Assembly: GCA_035389045.1 (NCBI GenBank) | Contig: DAOORA010000005.1 | Span: 26,801-90,800, forward strand | Direction: 5' to 3' | From: Bacteroidales bacterium | Lineage (GTDB): Bacteria; Bacteroidota; Bacteroidia; Bacteroidales; CAIWKO01 | DNA: 64,000 nt | Shown here: positions 1-8,978 of the stretch, one piece after another | Layout of the letters: each line of letters starts with the position of its first letter | How positions within the stretch are numbered: the first letter of the stretch is position 1 | Notes under the pieces: model-generated | The model's input: only the letters and a program-made list of their open reading frames with translations | Told to the model about the DNA's origin: nothing | The model's database searches: none | Position numbers and translations under genes: made by a program

Positions 1-133
1 TTTTAAAAATTGATTTGGTAAAGTTGAATTTACAGGCAAAAATATAAAATCTAAAAATCGGATCTGCTGATTTTTTAATAAGTTATAAACACAGTTTTTG
101 TATCAGGGTGGCAACAGGGATTTACAAACAGAA

Positions 134-2101
134 CTATCTGTTCCCTAAGTTGTGAAAACCTTTTATGACAATGTTTATATCATTCATTATCTTATAATCT
201 TTAGCATATAAAATGTTCAGACCTTCGGCAATCTCCGGAGAAAGAGACCTTTTTTTTATGGCATCAGCGGGATTCAGCACTCCTTTACGAATAGCGGGCA
301 GTTTGTGTATTTCGCCTGTGACGGACATATTGAATCCCACCCACGATTTTAAGCCTGCCAGGACTAAAAAGATGTTTTTCAGAAACCCCAGGGGGTGTTT
401 TACAAGAAAGGCTGCCACAGGATAAAATCCCAAAAGCAGCAGGCCGGTCAAAATATCCAGCATACGTTTGCTGCGCCTGTTCGACACCTTGCTTATTGCA
501 TTGATGTTCATCACATATAAATCACCGCCGGTATTTATTGAATTACTGCCAATGATGGACATGCTTTCGGGAGGCGCAATTTTGTAATCGATGCTGGTGT
601 ACTGCAGCTCGGTCATTTTGTCAATGATCAACTGCGGAGGCATTGATTTGGAGCAAAAAACAGCTTCATTGATTTTATAAATATTGATGATGTCGGCCAG
701 CTGGCTTATATTTCCAATGAATCCTCTTGAGGAACTGTATTTTTCACTCGTGCTCACCAGGCCGATGAACCCATAATTGATGACGGTCCGCTGCATAAAC
801 CGTGCAACCCGTTCTGCTTCTTCCTCATCGCCGATAATAATAAACCTTCTGTCGTTTTCTGCGCCGATTTTAAACTGTTTAAATTTCAACAGATGAAGCA
901 GTACACGTGTAGTAACCATAGATAAGGCTGCCCATCCGGCTCCAAGAATGATCAGCGCCCTTGAAAAGCGCTGGTGTTCGCCCAGCAAGGCATATACGGT
1001 AAGAATAAGTATCGTTCCGATCACCACCCCCTGTATGATCTTTACAGGACGGACCGGCTTGTCATAACCCCCGCTCATCAGCACCGAAAAAAGCCAAACC
1101 AGGATGTAGACAGGAACTGCAATAGCAATAAATTCAATCGGATATGAGCCGCCATCACGAAAAACCACATGGGTTTCCCAATAGTTTTTTATGAAATAAA
1201 TTCCTGCAAAAATGAGGGCAGCATCAAAACAGGGCAAAAAGATCAGCTTTATAAACCTGTTGGCAAGCGCCAGAAAAGCCCTCAGAAAAATAGCAATTTT
1301 AACCAGGAAAGAAACAGCACGGGCATTTTTTTGTGAGAAATGCTTACGGGCAAAAATGATCATTGCATTATAGAATACAATGACATAGTTGACACTGCTT
1401 TTCTTGGTGCTTTCGCCTTTATAATGTATGATGCGTGTTTCGGGGAAATAATAGTTTTTATATCCTGCCATCGTGATACGATACGAAATATCTATATCTT
1501 CGCCATACATAAAAAAATCCTCATCGAGCAATCCGGCTTTGTCGAGTGCTTTTTTGCGCAACAGCATAAATGCCCCGGAAAGGATTTCCACTTCATGTAT
1601 CTTATCTTTATCGAGATACCCCAGATGATATTGGCCAAAAACCTTTGACCTGGGAAAGAGTTTTGCAAGCCCGAACACCTTATAAAAAGCCACTGCCGGT
1701 GTTGGCAGCCCGCGTTTTGACTCAGGAAGAAAATGGCCTTTACCATCAAGCATCTTCACCCCCAGCCCGCCCGCCTCAGGATGTAGATTCATGAAATTCA
1801 GTATACTGGAAAAGGTGTCTTCTTCAACCACCGTGTCGGGGTTGAGCAACAGGATATACTCACCTGCGCTCTGTTTTATAGCCTGGTTGTTGGCTTTTGA
1901 AAACCCCTTATTCTCGCTGTTTTCAATGAGCATTACCTCAGGAAACTTCTCCCTGATCATATCTACTGAACCATCCACAGAATTATTATCTACCACAAAC
2001 ACTTCCATGTCAATACCATGTCCTGCTTTTAACACAGAATGAAGGCATTGCTCCAGAAAGTATTTTACATTGTAATTGACAATTATAACAGACAGTTTCA
2101 T
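134..2101 (-). CDS. Glycosyltransferase family 2 protein with polytopic membrane region and C-terminal sugar-transferase-like tail
   Basis: 655-aa ORF with ATG at 2099-2101. The N-terminus 'MKLSVIIVNYNVKYFLEQCL..VVDNNSVDGS..LLLNPDT..FMYGEDIDISYR' is a classic GT-A/GT2 signature. The middle third is several hydrophobic helices. The C-terminal 'RRSKRMLDILTGLLLLGFYPV' resembles the start of bacterial sugar-transferase domains. Confidence 0.8.
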   Translation of the reverse strand: MKLSVIIVNYNVKYFLEQCLHSVLKAGHGIDMEVFVVDNNSVDGSVDMIREKFPEVMLIENSENKGFSKANNQAIKQSAGEYILLLNPDTVVEEDTFSSILNFMNLHPEAGGLGVKMLDGKGHFLPESKRGLPTPAVAFYKVFGLAKLFPRSKVFGQYHLGYLDKDKIHEVEILSGAFMLLRKKALDKAGLLDEDFFMYGEDIDISYRITMAGYKNYYFPETRIIHYKGESTKKSSVNYVIVFYNAMIIFARKHFSQKNARAVSFLVKIAIFLRAFLALANRFIKLIFLPCFDAALIFAGIYFIKNYWETHVVFRDGGSYPIEFIAIAVPVYILVWLFSVLMSGGYDKPVRPVKIIQGVVIGTILILTVYALLGEHQRFSRALIILGAGWAALSMVTTRVLLHLLKFKQFKIGAENDRRFIIIGDEEEAERVARFMQRTVINYGFIGLVSTSEKYSSSRGFIGNISQLADIINIYKINEAVFCSKSMPPQLIIDKMTELQYTSIDYKIAPPESMSIIGSNSINTGGDLYVMNINAISKVSNRRSKRMLDILTGLLLLGFYPVAAFLVKHPLGFLKNIFLVLAGLKSWVGFNMSVTGEIHKLPAIRKGVLNPADAIKKRSLSPEIAEGLNILYAKDYKIMNDINIVIKGFHNLGNR

Positions 2102-2160
2102 GGTCAGTCCCGTGATTTGGTTTCAAAAATAGCTTTTAGATTACTACTGACAAAATGTAT

Positions 2161-2853
2161 TTACGTATTAATGAAAAAAATTCCTCCGCCATCAAAGAGT
2201 TCACCATCACATAATGGAAACGATTCAAGGCTACTGTTTTCAATAAAACGCTGGATGGAACTTCCTGCTGCCATATGTTGTATATTGCCTGTAATGCAAA
2301 GTATCCCGCGATAAAGTCCGCAGCAACCGCCAAAAAAACCATTTCTAAACCCGGGCAAAAGTATTCCGTCAGGATCAACATAAAGAACATTCAGTTCTTG
2401 CGCCTTCAAAATTTTCTCAATATCCCGGTCAGAGGTAATAAAATCATTTTCATTAAGGGCCATCAGATTACAGCGTGTATAGGCCTGATTAGTATGTAGA
2501 TGTATCTTGTTGTTACATTCCTCAAGAATAGTCTTATCTGTATATTTCAGATTATGAATCAGGTATTTGCCGGTAATCACCGCATTATACATGGCGGTAT
2601 CCGGATATCTTTTTCCTAAGGGTATATTTCCGGTTTTGTAATTGATATTATTCATAGTAAATAAATCAATATAATCCGAAGGCATGTTTGGCGCCACGAT
2701 CAAACCAGCGCCGGTATCACACATAAAAACATCAGGATGGTCACTGATAGCCTCATACACAATGCCGGAGCTTTCAAATTCAAGCAGATTTCCAAAGAGG
2801 CCTAGTTGGTGCTTTGCCTCTGAAGGTAATCGTTTGTCAGCAATAATCCACAT
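2161..2853 (-). CDS. Hypothetical protein, family not securely recognised (possible pentein/amidinotransferase-like fold)
   Basis: 230-aa ORF. Its ATG (2851-2853) overlaps the 3' end of the upstream radical SAM gene by 17 nt, which suggests an operon. It carries motifs 'SDHPDVFMC' and 'FFGGCCG'. I cannot name a family with confidence. Confidence 0.6.
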   Translation of the reverse strand: MWIIADKRLPSEAKHQLGLFGNLLEFESSGIVYEAISDHPDVFMCDTGAGLIVAPNMPSDYIDLFTMNNINYKTGNIPLGKRYPDTAMYNAVITGKYLIHNLKYTDKTILEECNNKIHLHTNQAYTRCNLMALNENDFITSDRDIEKILKAQELNVLYVDPDGILLPGFRNGFFGGCCGLYRGILCITGNIQHMAAGSSIQRFIENSSLESFPLCDGELFDGGGIFFINT

Positions 2854-3853
2854 TAAATTGCAGTTTGTTTAAATTTTCTGAGCGCTGAAAACGCACTTTA
2901 TTAAAGTATTGCTTTAGATAATTTTTATTTTCAGCCTTATAACCAATAGCATAATTGTATTGTGAATCAGCTACTGTCAGGGTTATTTTTTTTGTTTTCG
3001 TATCCTGACATTTTGTTGTTTTTATGAATTGATCAAATTCATTTTTCCATAACTTCGTCATGGCTAATTCGCGAAACGATGGATGAAAAGGGCCTGCAAG
3101 GAGTTTACCGCCTTTTCCGAAATCTTCAGCGGGGTGCAATCCTACTTTTATTACGTTGATATTATCCCGGATATACAAACCCAGCACCGATGCAACTCTA
3201 TCAACAGCAGATGATAGGGACAATGGTTTATATTTCCCTTCCGAAAACAATAGTTCAAGTTCGGTGTCCTTCAGCACCAGAACAGGATAAATACGGACAC
3301 AATCGGGTTTCAGGCCGATTACGCGGGATGCTGTATGAATATTTTCTACCGCATCATCCCCGGGCAGACCGATCATAGTTTGTATTCCCAGGGTAAAACC
3401 GCTGTTTCGGATGAGTTCTGAGGCTTTTACCACATCGCCCACCGTATGTCCCCTTCCGGCTTGTTGCAGAATGGAGTCACTCATGGATTGCACTCCCAGC
3501 TCAATGGTGCGGACATGATATTTTTTAAGTAATTGCAAGTTTTTATTATCAATATAATCCGGGCGGGTAGATAATCGTATACCCTTGATTTTATGGTCAT
3601 TGATGTACGGCTGTATAAGCTGCAGATATTTTTCCTGAAGTCCGGGATCCAGACAGGTAAAACTGCCGCCAAAAAATGCCACTTCCACAGTAGCGCTCTG
3701 AACGTCAATGGTAGACAGTTTTTGCCGGATGATACTATGGACATCATCAGCTTCCGGCGCTTTCTGTTTGCCTGATATATATTTCTGGTTACAAAAAACA
3801 CATTGAAAAGGACAGCCAAGATGGGGAATGAAGACAGGTATATTGTAATGCAT
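2837..3853 (-). CDS. Radical SAM protein (ELP3/HemN-like class)
   Basis: 338-aa ORF with an ATG start. The N-terminal 'FIPHLGCPFQCVFCNQ' is a CxxxCxxC 4Fe-4S/SAM cluster motif, followed by a TIM-barrel-like body ('IELGVQS', 'GLPGD'). Confidence 0.85.
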   Translation of the reverse strand: MHYNIPVFIPHLGCPFQCVFCNQKYISGKQKAPEADDVHSIIRQKLSTIDVQSATVEVAFFGGSFTCLDPGLQEKYLQLIQPYINDHKIKGIRLSTRPDYIDNKNLQLLKKYHVRTIELGVQSMSDSILQQAGRGHTVGDVVKASELIRNSGFTLGIQTMIGLPGDDAVENIHTASRVIGLKPDCVRIYPVLVLKDTELELLFSEGKYKPLSLSSAVDRVASVLGLYIRDNINVIKVGLHPAEDFGKGGKLLAGPFHPSFRELAMTKLWKNEFDQFIKTTKCQDTKTKKITLTVADSQYNYAIGYKAENKNYLKQYFNKVRFQRSENLNKLQFNVDYC

Positions 3854-3864
3854 TTAATGGACGG

Positions 3865-4164
3865 CTATCGTTCTGTGAGGCGGTTCTTTCTGATAACCAG
3901 CATTTTCTGATGTTCCTCTTCCGTGGAGTTCGGATCTTTCATCTGCAGGAACGCAGCGCAGGGCAGTTCGGCACAATCGCCGCAGTCGCGGTACCTTCTT
4001 TGATTGACGCCGCAGTCGTATAAAGGACAAACTTTTGTCGGCATCATTTCTTTGGCCCAGAATGTGGATCCTTTAACGGTATGGCAACCATCGCATAATG
4101 TGTTGTAATGTTCACATTCGTCGCACCATAACCCGCAAGCAGAAAGAATTTTGTCTGTTTCCAT
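3865..4164 (-). CDS. Small Cys-rich protein, DUF3795-like
   Basis: 99-aa ORF with ATG at 4162-4164. It has many Cys pairs ('CGLWCDECEHY', 'CDGCH', 'CGDCAELPC'), typical of DUF3795 proteins. Confidence 0.7.
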   Translation of the reverse strand: METDKILSACGLWCDECEHYNTLCDGCHTVKGSTFWAKEMMPTKVCPLYDCGVNQRRYRDCGDCAELPCAAFLQMKDPNSTEEEHQKMLVIRKNRLTER

Positions 4165-4328
4165 ATAGTTTATTTTTCAGCAAAATTACAATTGAATTTT
4201 TCTAAAACAAATAAATAAAATTCGATGATTATAAAACGTAAGCCATTGGGGTTGTGTATTTGCTATTAAAGAAGTTGCAAACACGCCGCGACTGGGGCAT
4301 AATTTGTTCACAAGGTAATTGGATAATC

Positions 4329-4733
4329 TTAAATTTTATTAAAAACAAGGTTATTGCTGCTTACATCAACTTCAACCTTGTATAAATCCCCAGTTTTAAT
4401 ACAGTTTAAAACCTTTTTATAAAGATAGGCCTTTGATTCATCGTTAATATTATCAGAGCCCAACGAACCGGTTTTAGGGTGCACAAACATCAGGTATAAG
4501 CGGTCTTCTTTCACTATTAAAAGATAATATGCCCTATAACCCCCACTTCCGCCCAATCTCTTTTTTATGTATGGTGTTTCATCACTATTGTTCAATCTGG
4601 TTCCGGAGCGAAGATCAGCAATAGATTTTTTGAAAAAATAATTTATAATTTCCTGATGCAGAATTTTGTACGACCTTTTTGAAGTGAGTTTTTCAAATTC
4701 AATTTTGAAATCCTCTATACAAAATATTTCCAT
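4329..4733 (-). CDS. RelE/ParE (HigB-like) superfamily toxin-like protein with C-terminal extension
   Basis: The core 'IKKRLGGSGGYRAYYLLIVKEDRLYLMFVHPK' matches the 'K.R...GKSGGYRvIY....d.iyLl.iy.K' signature of RelE/ParE-type toxins. The ORF track starts at a GTG (4736). I prefer the ATG at 4731-4733, which shares one base with the upstream TGA stop (TGATG coupling). Confidence 0.6.
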   Translation of the reverse strand: MEIFCIEDFKIEFEKLTSKRSYKILHQEIINYFFKKSIADLRSGTRLNNSDETPYIKKRLGGSGGYRAYYLLIVKEDRLYLMFVHPKTGSLGSDNINDESKAYLYKKVLNCIKTGDLYKVEVDVSSNNLVFNKI

Positions 4734-5197
4734 CACACAAGTGAAAGTTGTCTGGTCGTTTCAGCAAATGCAGGCATTTTGGGCAAGTAAAAGAAAACCG
4801 ATTCTAAATCTTCATATGCTTCTTTAAGTTCATCAATAGCATTTTTCAAATCTTTAATTTCATCTTTTGCTATGCCCTTTTTTCTTATAAAAGTCATTGA
4901 AATATATTGCCTTATTAATGTAGAACGTAAATCCTTAGCAGTAGAAATTAAATCATTAATTAGCATCAAACATTCATCATTCAAATCATTAAACCATGTT
5001 AATTTTTCAATGCGTTCGTTAATATCATATAACTTTTGAGTTTTTTCAATCAAATTCTTTTTAAAATCTAAAATTGCATCCAAAAAAGCATTTACTTTTT
5101 CTTCTTCCAAAAAAGAACTTTTTTTCTCAATAAAAGACATGGCTCTTACGCAAGAAAAAGTGCTTTCAATTTCAGTTTTGGGAGATATGGTTTCCAT
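4733..5197 (-). CDS. Hypothetical all-helical/coiled-coil protein (candidate cognate partner of the RelE-like gene)
   Basis: 154-aa ORF with ATG at 5195-5197. Its stop overlaps the start of the downstream gene. It is rich in E/K/L heptad-like stretches ('KDEIKDLKNAIDELKEAYEDLE'). I see no recognisable HTH/RHH/AbrB DNA-binding motif. Confidence 0.55.
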   Translation of the reverse strand: METISPKTEIESTFSCVRAMSFIEKKSSFLEEEKVNAFLDAILDFKKNLIEKTQKLYDINERIEKLTWFNDLNDECLMLINDLISTAKDLRSTLIRQYISMTFIRKKGIAKDEIKDLKNAIDELKEAYEDLESVFFYLPKMPAFAETTRQLSLV

Positions 5198-5409
5198 TTT
5201 TTAGTTTATTTCAGGTTTCTATAACAAAATTACAAAATTTTTGCGATTCTTACAGTAAAAACTTTGATTGTATATTTTCAAATTTCATGATCATAACCTT
5301 ATAATTTGTGCATATAATAAAACCTTAAAAAATCCCAAAAGCCATTCAGCCCAGTCTTTTTTGATTAAAAAATTAGTTTTTGTGCATATTTATTCACTTG
5401 ATCCCTGCA

Positions 5410-5625
5410 TCATTCATCCAATATTTCTTTTAGTAGTTCTAAAATTCTTGCTTCATCTTTTTCATCGGCTTCCAATACACCCCATCCAAACTGGCTTTGG
5501 AATACGCCATCATAGGCGGTATCATGAAAGCTTCTTATCATATTTGGAATTTCATTGATGTCAAGAATTTCTTTAATTCTCATCGCTTCAAATTCGTTGT
5601 TAAGTGTTAAGATTTTTTTGTTCAT
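5410..5625 (-). CDS. Small DUF2007-like (putative signal-transducing) protein
   Basis: 71-aa ORF with an ATG start. The pattern 'EFEAMRIKEILDINEIP....VLEADEKDEARILELL' resembles the DUF2007 beta-alpha-beta fold family. Confidence 0.45.
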   Translation of the reverse strand: MNKKILTLNNEFEAMRIKEILDINEIPNMIRSFHDTAYDGVFQSQFGWGVLEADEKDEARILELLKEILDE

Positions 5626-5905
5626 ATTGAAGTATTTTTCTGAAAAGTAATTTGATTACGACCGGTTTCATTCCAAAGAAATACAGATGTCCGAAAACAT
5701 TTGTAAAAGTAACTTCAAAAATAGCTTATTTTTAATTGAAAGAAATATTTTCATGGTTTTGCTCCCAAACTTACCGGAGAAAAACCATTTTGTTCTGATC
5801 TGGTCACTTCAGGTAGGGTTAGTAACAAATAAATATCGTAAGAACATTGAATTTTTTTAATGAGCTTACATATATGTTCTAAAATTTGTGTAGGTTTGCG
5901 TTGTT

Positions 5906-6442
5906 ATGCGTCGCCTGTTATCCATATTTCTTATATCGGCCTTGTTGTTCAATATTTTCGGGTATTACCTGGCATTCCAGATCACAGTAAGGGGAAATAA
6001 AAGACATTACCGCGAACATATTTATTACTCCAGTTATGATAACACAGAGGATATCATCATCTCAGGCGGTGAAATTCAATCCGAGAACGGTTATAACAAC
6101 TGCAATGAAGAAGATGAATTTTATTATCACGGGAAAAAGTATGAGATCATAAAGATCAAAAAACAAGGCAGTAATAACATATTTTTCTGTGTTAAAGATA
6201 AAAAGAAAGAAAAATTTCTTGCCTTTTTCAAAGAATACCTTATACACCACGAAGATTCTAATACTCCATATCAGCAAAACAGTCATAATTTTGTAGCCCA
6301 TATTATTAAAGATGCTGTTCCTGAACACAGAAAACTTCTGCTATTTCCTAAAGACATCAATGACCGGAATTTTTATTATTTCTTTTCGATTCAGACGGCC
6401 ATTTTGAACAACATTTTTGTGCCTCCGAAAAATTTAGTTTAA
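5906..6442 (+). CDS. Hypothetical N-terminally membrane-anchored protein
   Basis: 178-aa ORF with an ATG start and an N-terminal hydrophobic helix 'LLSIFLISALLFNIFGYYLAF'. It is AT-rich and K/N/Y-rich. No family recognised. Confidence 0.5.
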   Translation: MRRLLSIFLISALLFNIFGYYLAFQITVRGNKRHYREHIYYSSYDNTEDIIISGGEIQSENGYNNCNEEDEFYYHGKKYEIIKIKKQGSNNIFFCVKDKKKEKFLAFFKEYLIHHEDSNTPYQQNSHNFVAHIIKDAVPEHRKLLLFPKDINDRNFYYFFSIQTAILNNIFVPPKNLV

Positions 6443-6532
6443 CCAAACTAATACGATCTCACCACTGGCTTGAAGCTATCAGTTAAAGCCAATCATTATA
6501 TTATTAATAACCAATAAATTGATCATATCGTC

Positions 6533-8938
6533 ATGAAAAAAAATATATTATTTTTATTTATTAGTGTTCATTGTTTTTATGTTTATTCGCAAAAAATCTT
6601 TATTGGCGACCTTAAAACAGGCCAGCCTGTTGAGAATGTCGCCATTTCGAGCAAAAAACCTTTTGCTGTTGCCAATACCAATGCAAAAGGAGAAACGGAT
6701 CTTTCCGGTTTTGCCGGAGCTGAACGTATAGAGATACGGCATCTGGGATATAAAACTGAATACCTGAGCTTTGCCGACCTGAGCAAGTCGGATTTTAAAT
6801 TTTTTATAAAACCCGTGGGCGTGTCGCTCGACGAGATCGTTGTTTCGGCCACCAAATGGAGACAGCAGTCCAATGATATTCCCGGCAAAATAACTGTTAT
6901 TCATCCGAAAGAAATCAACCTGCAGAATCCTCAAACAGCCGCCGATATGCTTGCTGCCTCCGGAAAGGTTTTTATACAGAAAAGCCAGCAGGGTGGCGGC
7001 AGCCCAATGATACGTGGCTTTGCCACCAACCGCCTGTTGTATTCGGTAGATGGCATCCGGATGAATACCGCTATTTTCCGCGCGGGAAACATACAGAATG
7101 TAATATCGCTGGATCCTTTTGCCATTGAAGAAGCAGAAGTGCTGTTCGGACCGGGATCCGTGATCTATGGCAGTGATGCTATCGGAGGGGTAATGAGTTT
7201 TCAGACACTGACTCCCCGCTTGTCTGACGGTGGCAATCCACTGTTCACCGGGAGTGCTGTAACGCGCTATTCGTCAGCTAATAATGAAATCACAGCTCAT
7301 TTTCACGCAGGTGCCGGCTGGAAGAAATGGGCTTTACTAACCAGTATTACTTCCAGTAAGTTCGGCGACCTGACCATGGGCAGCTACGGCCCTGATGAAT
7401 ACTTAAGGCCTTTTTATGTACAACGGCAGGACAGTACGGATGTTATTGTGACCAGTGAAAATCCCAAAGTGCAGCGGCCTTCGGGTTACTCCCAGATTAA
7501 TATGATGCAGAAGATACGGTTCAGTCCAAACAGCAAATGGGATATACAATATGGGTTTCATTACTCGGTGACATCAGAATTTTCACGCTACGACAGGCAT
7601 ATCCGTTATAAAAAAGGATTGCCCCGATATGGTGAATGGTACTACGGCCCGCAAAAGTGGATGATGAATGCCCTGGAGGTAACCCATAACAGCAATAATG
7701 TGGCGTATGACCAACTGACGGTGCGTCTGGCCTGGCAGTCGTTTGAAGAAAGCCGTATCGACAGGGATATTAATAAAAATGACAGACATATAAGAATTGA
7801 AAATGTGGAAGCCTATTCGCTGAATGTTGATTTCAATAAATCAGCAGGCAGCAAGCATATGTTTTACTATGGCATAGAAGCAGTTTATGACGATGTGGTA
7901 TCGACAGGGAAAGATGAGGATATCTCAACAGGCAGTATCTTTGCAGGGCCGTCGCGTTATCCTAAGTCCAACTGGGCTTCTTATGCGGCTTACCTCAACT
8001 ACCAGTTTAAAATTTCGCCCAAAGTACTGTTACAGTCGGGCATACGATATAATCATTATTTGCTTAACGCTGATTTTGACACGACTTTTTATCCCTTTCC
8101 TTTTACAACAGCCAAAATCGACAATGGAGCACTCAGCGGCAGCCTGGGCTTGGTATATCGGCCTACCGAAAAATGGGTACTGAATCTTAATTTATCCACG
8201 GGCTTCCGTTCGCCCAACGTAGATGATATGGGCAAAGTGTTCGATTCGGAACAGGGAGCTGTGGTTGTTCCCAATCCCGGGCTGAAGGCAGAATACGCTT
8301 ATAATGCGGAAATAGGCATAGCAAAGATTTTCGGGGATATTGTCAAGATTGATGTTACAGGCTTTTACACCTATCTCAATAAGGCTATGGTAAGGCGTGA
8401 TTTCACCATGAATGGATCCGACAGCCTTATGTACGACGGCACTATGAGCAGGATACAGGCGGTGCAGAATGCAGCATTTGCGCAAATACTGGGAGTACAG
8501 GCAGGTTTTGAACTGAAATTACCTGTGGGATTCGGATTATCATCCGACTTTACCTATCAGAAAGGCACTGAAGAACTCGATGACGGAAGTACAAGCCCTT
8601 CGCGCCATGCCGCTCCCTGGACGGGTGTAAGCAGACTATCCTATAACCATAATAAAATGTCGCTTCAGCTATATTCAGTGTATAGCGGAGGGAAAAAATT
8701 CAAAGACCTTCCTGAAGAAGAAAAAGGAAAACCGGAGATCTACGCTGTGGATGCTGATGGGAATCCGTGTTCACCAGGATGGTATACGCTGAATTTTAAG
8801 GCAATGTACCAACTTATCGAAAATCTTTCGGTGAGTGCAGGGCTCGAAAACATTACCGACCAGAGATACCGGCCCTACAGTTCAGGCATCGTGGCCCCCG
8901 GAATAAATTTCATAATATCGCTAAAAGCCAAATTCTAA
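6533..8938 (+). CDS. TonB-dependent outer-membrane receptor
   Basis: 801 aa with a signal peptide and an N-terminal carboxypeptidase-regulatory-like domain. The plug is marked by 'LDEIVVSATK..', 'GGGSPMIRGF' and 'VLFGPGSVIYGSDAIGGV'. A long beta-barrel ends in an aromatic residue ('..SLKAKF'). Confidence 0.9.
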   Translation: MKKNILFLFISVHCFYVYSQKIFIGDLKTGQPVENVAISSKKPFAVANTNAKGETDLSGFAGAERIEIRHLGYKTEYLSFADLSKSDFKFFIKPVGVSLDEIVVSATKWRQQSNDIPGKITVIHPKEINLQNPQTAADMLAASGKVFIQKSQQGGGSPMIRGFATNRLLYSVDGIRMNTAIFRAGNIQNVISLDPFAIEEAEVLFGPGSVIYGSDAIGGVMSFQTLTPRLSDGGNPLFTGSAVTRYSSANNEITAHFHAGAGWKKWALLTSITSSKFGDLTMGSYGPDEYLRPFYVQRQDSTDVIVTSENPKVQRPSGYSQINMMQKIRFSPNSKWDIQYGFHYSVTSEFSRYDRHIRYKKGLPRYGEWYYGPQKWMMNALEVTHNSNNVAYDQLTVRLAWQSFEESRIDRDINKNDRHIRIENVEAYSLNVDFNKSAGSKHMFYYGIEAVYDDVVSTGKDEDISTGSIFAGPSRYPKSNWASYAAYLNYQFKISPKVLLQSGIRYNHYLLNADFDTTFYPFPFTTAKIDNGALSGSLGLVYRPTEKWVLNLNLSTGFRSPNVDDMGKVFDSEQGAVVVPNPGLKAEYAYNAEIGIAKIFGDIVKIDVTGFYTYLNKAMVRRDFTMNGSDSLMYDGTMSRIQAVQNAAFAQILGVQAGFELKLPVGFGLSSDFTYQKGTEELDDGSTSPSRHAAPWTGVSRLSYNHNKMSLQLYSVYSGGKKFKDLPEEEKGKPEIYAVDADGNPCSPGWYTLNFKAMYQLIENLSVSAGLENITDQRYRPYSSGIVAPGINFIISLKAKF

Positions 8939-8951
8939 ATGAATTATTTAA

Positions 8952-8959
8952 TATTTTTG
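8952..8959 (+). promoter_or_regulatory. Candidate -7 box TATTTTTG upstream of the C10 protease gene
   Basis: This is an exact TAnnTTTG match ending 20 nt before the ATG at 8979. The gene could also be co-transcribed with the TonB-dependent receptor. Confidence 0.3.
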
Positions 8960-8978
8960 CAGTAAAATTTTATAATAC

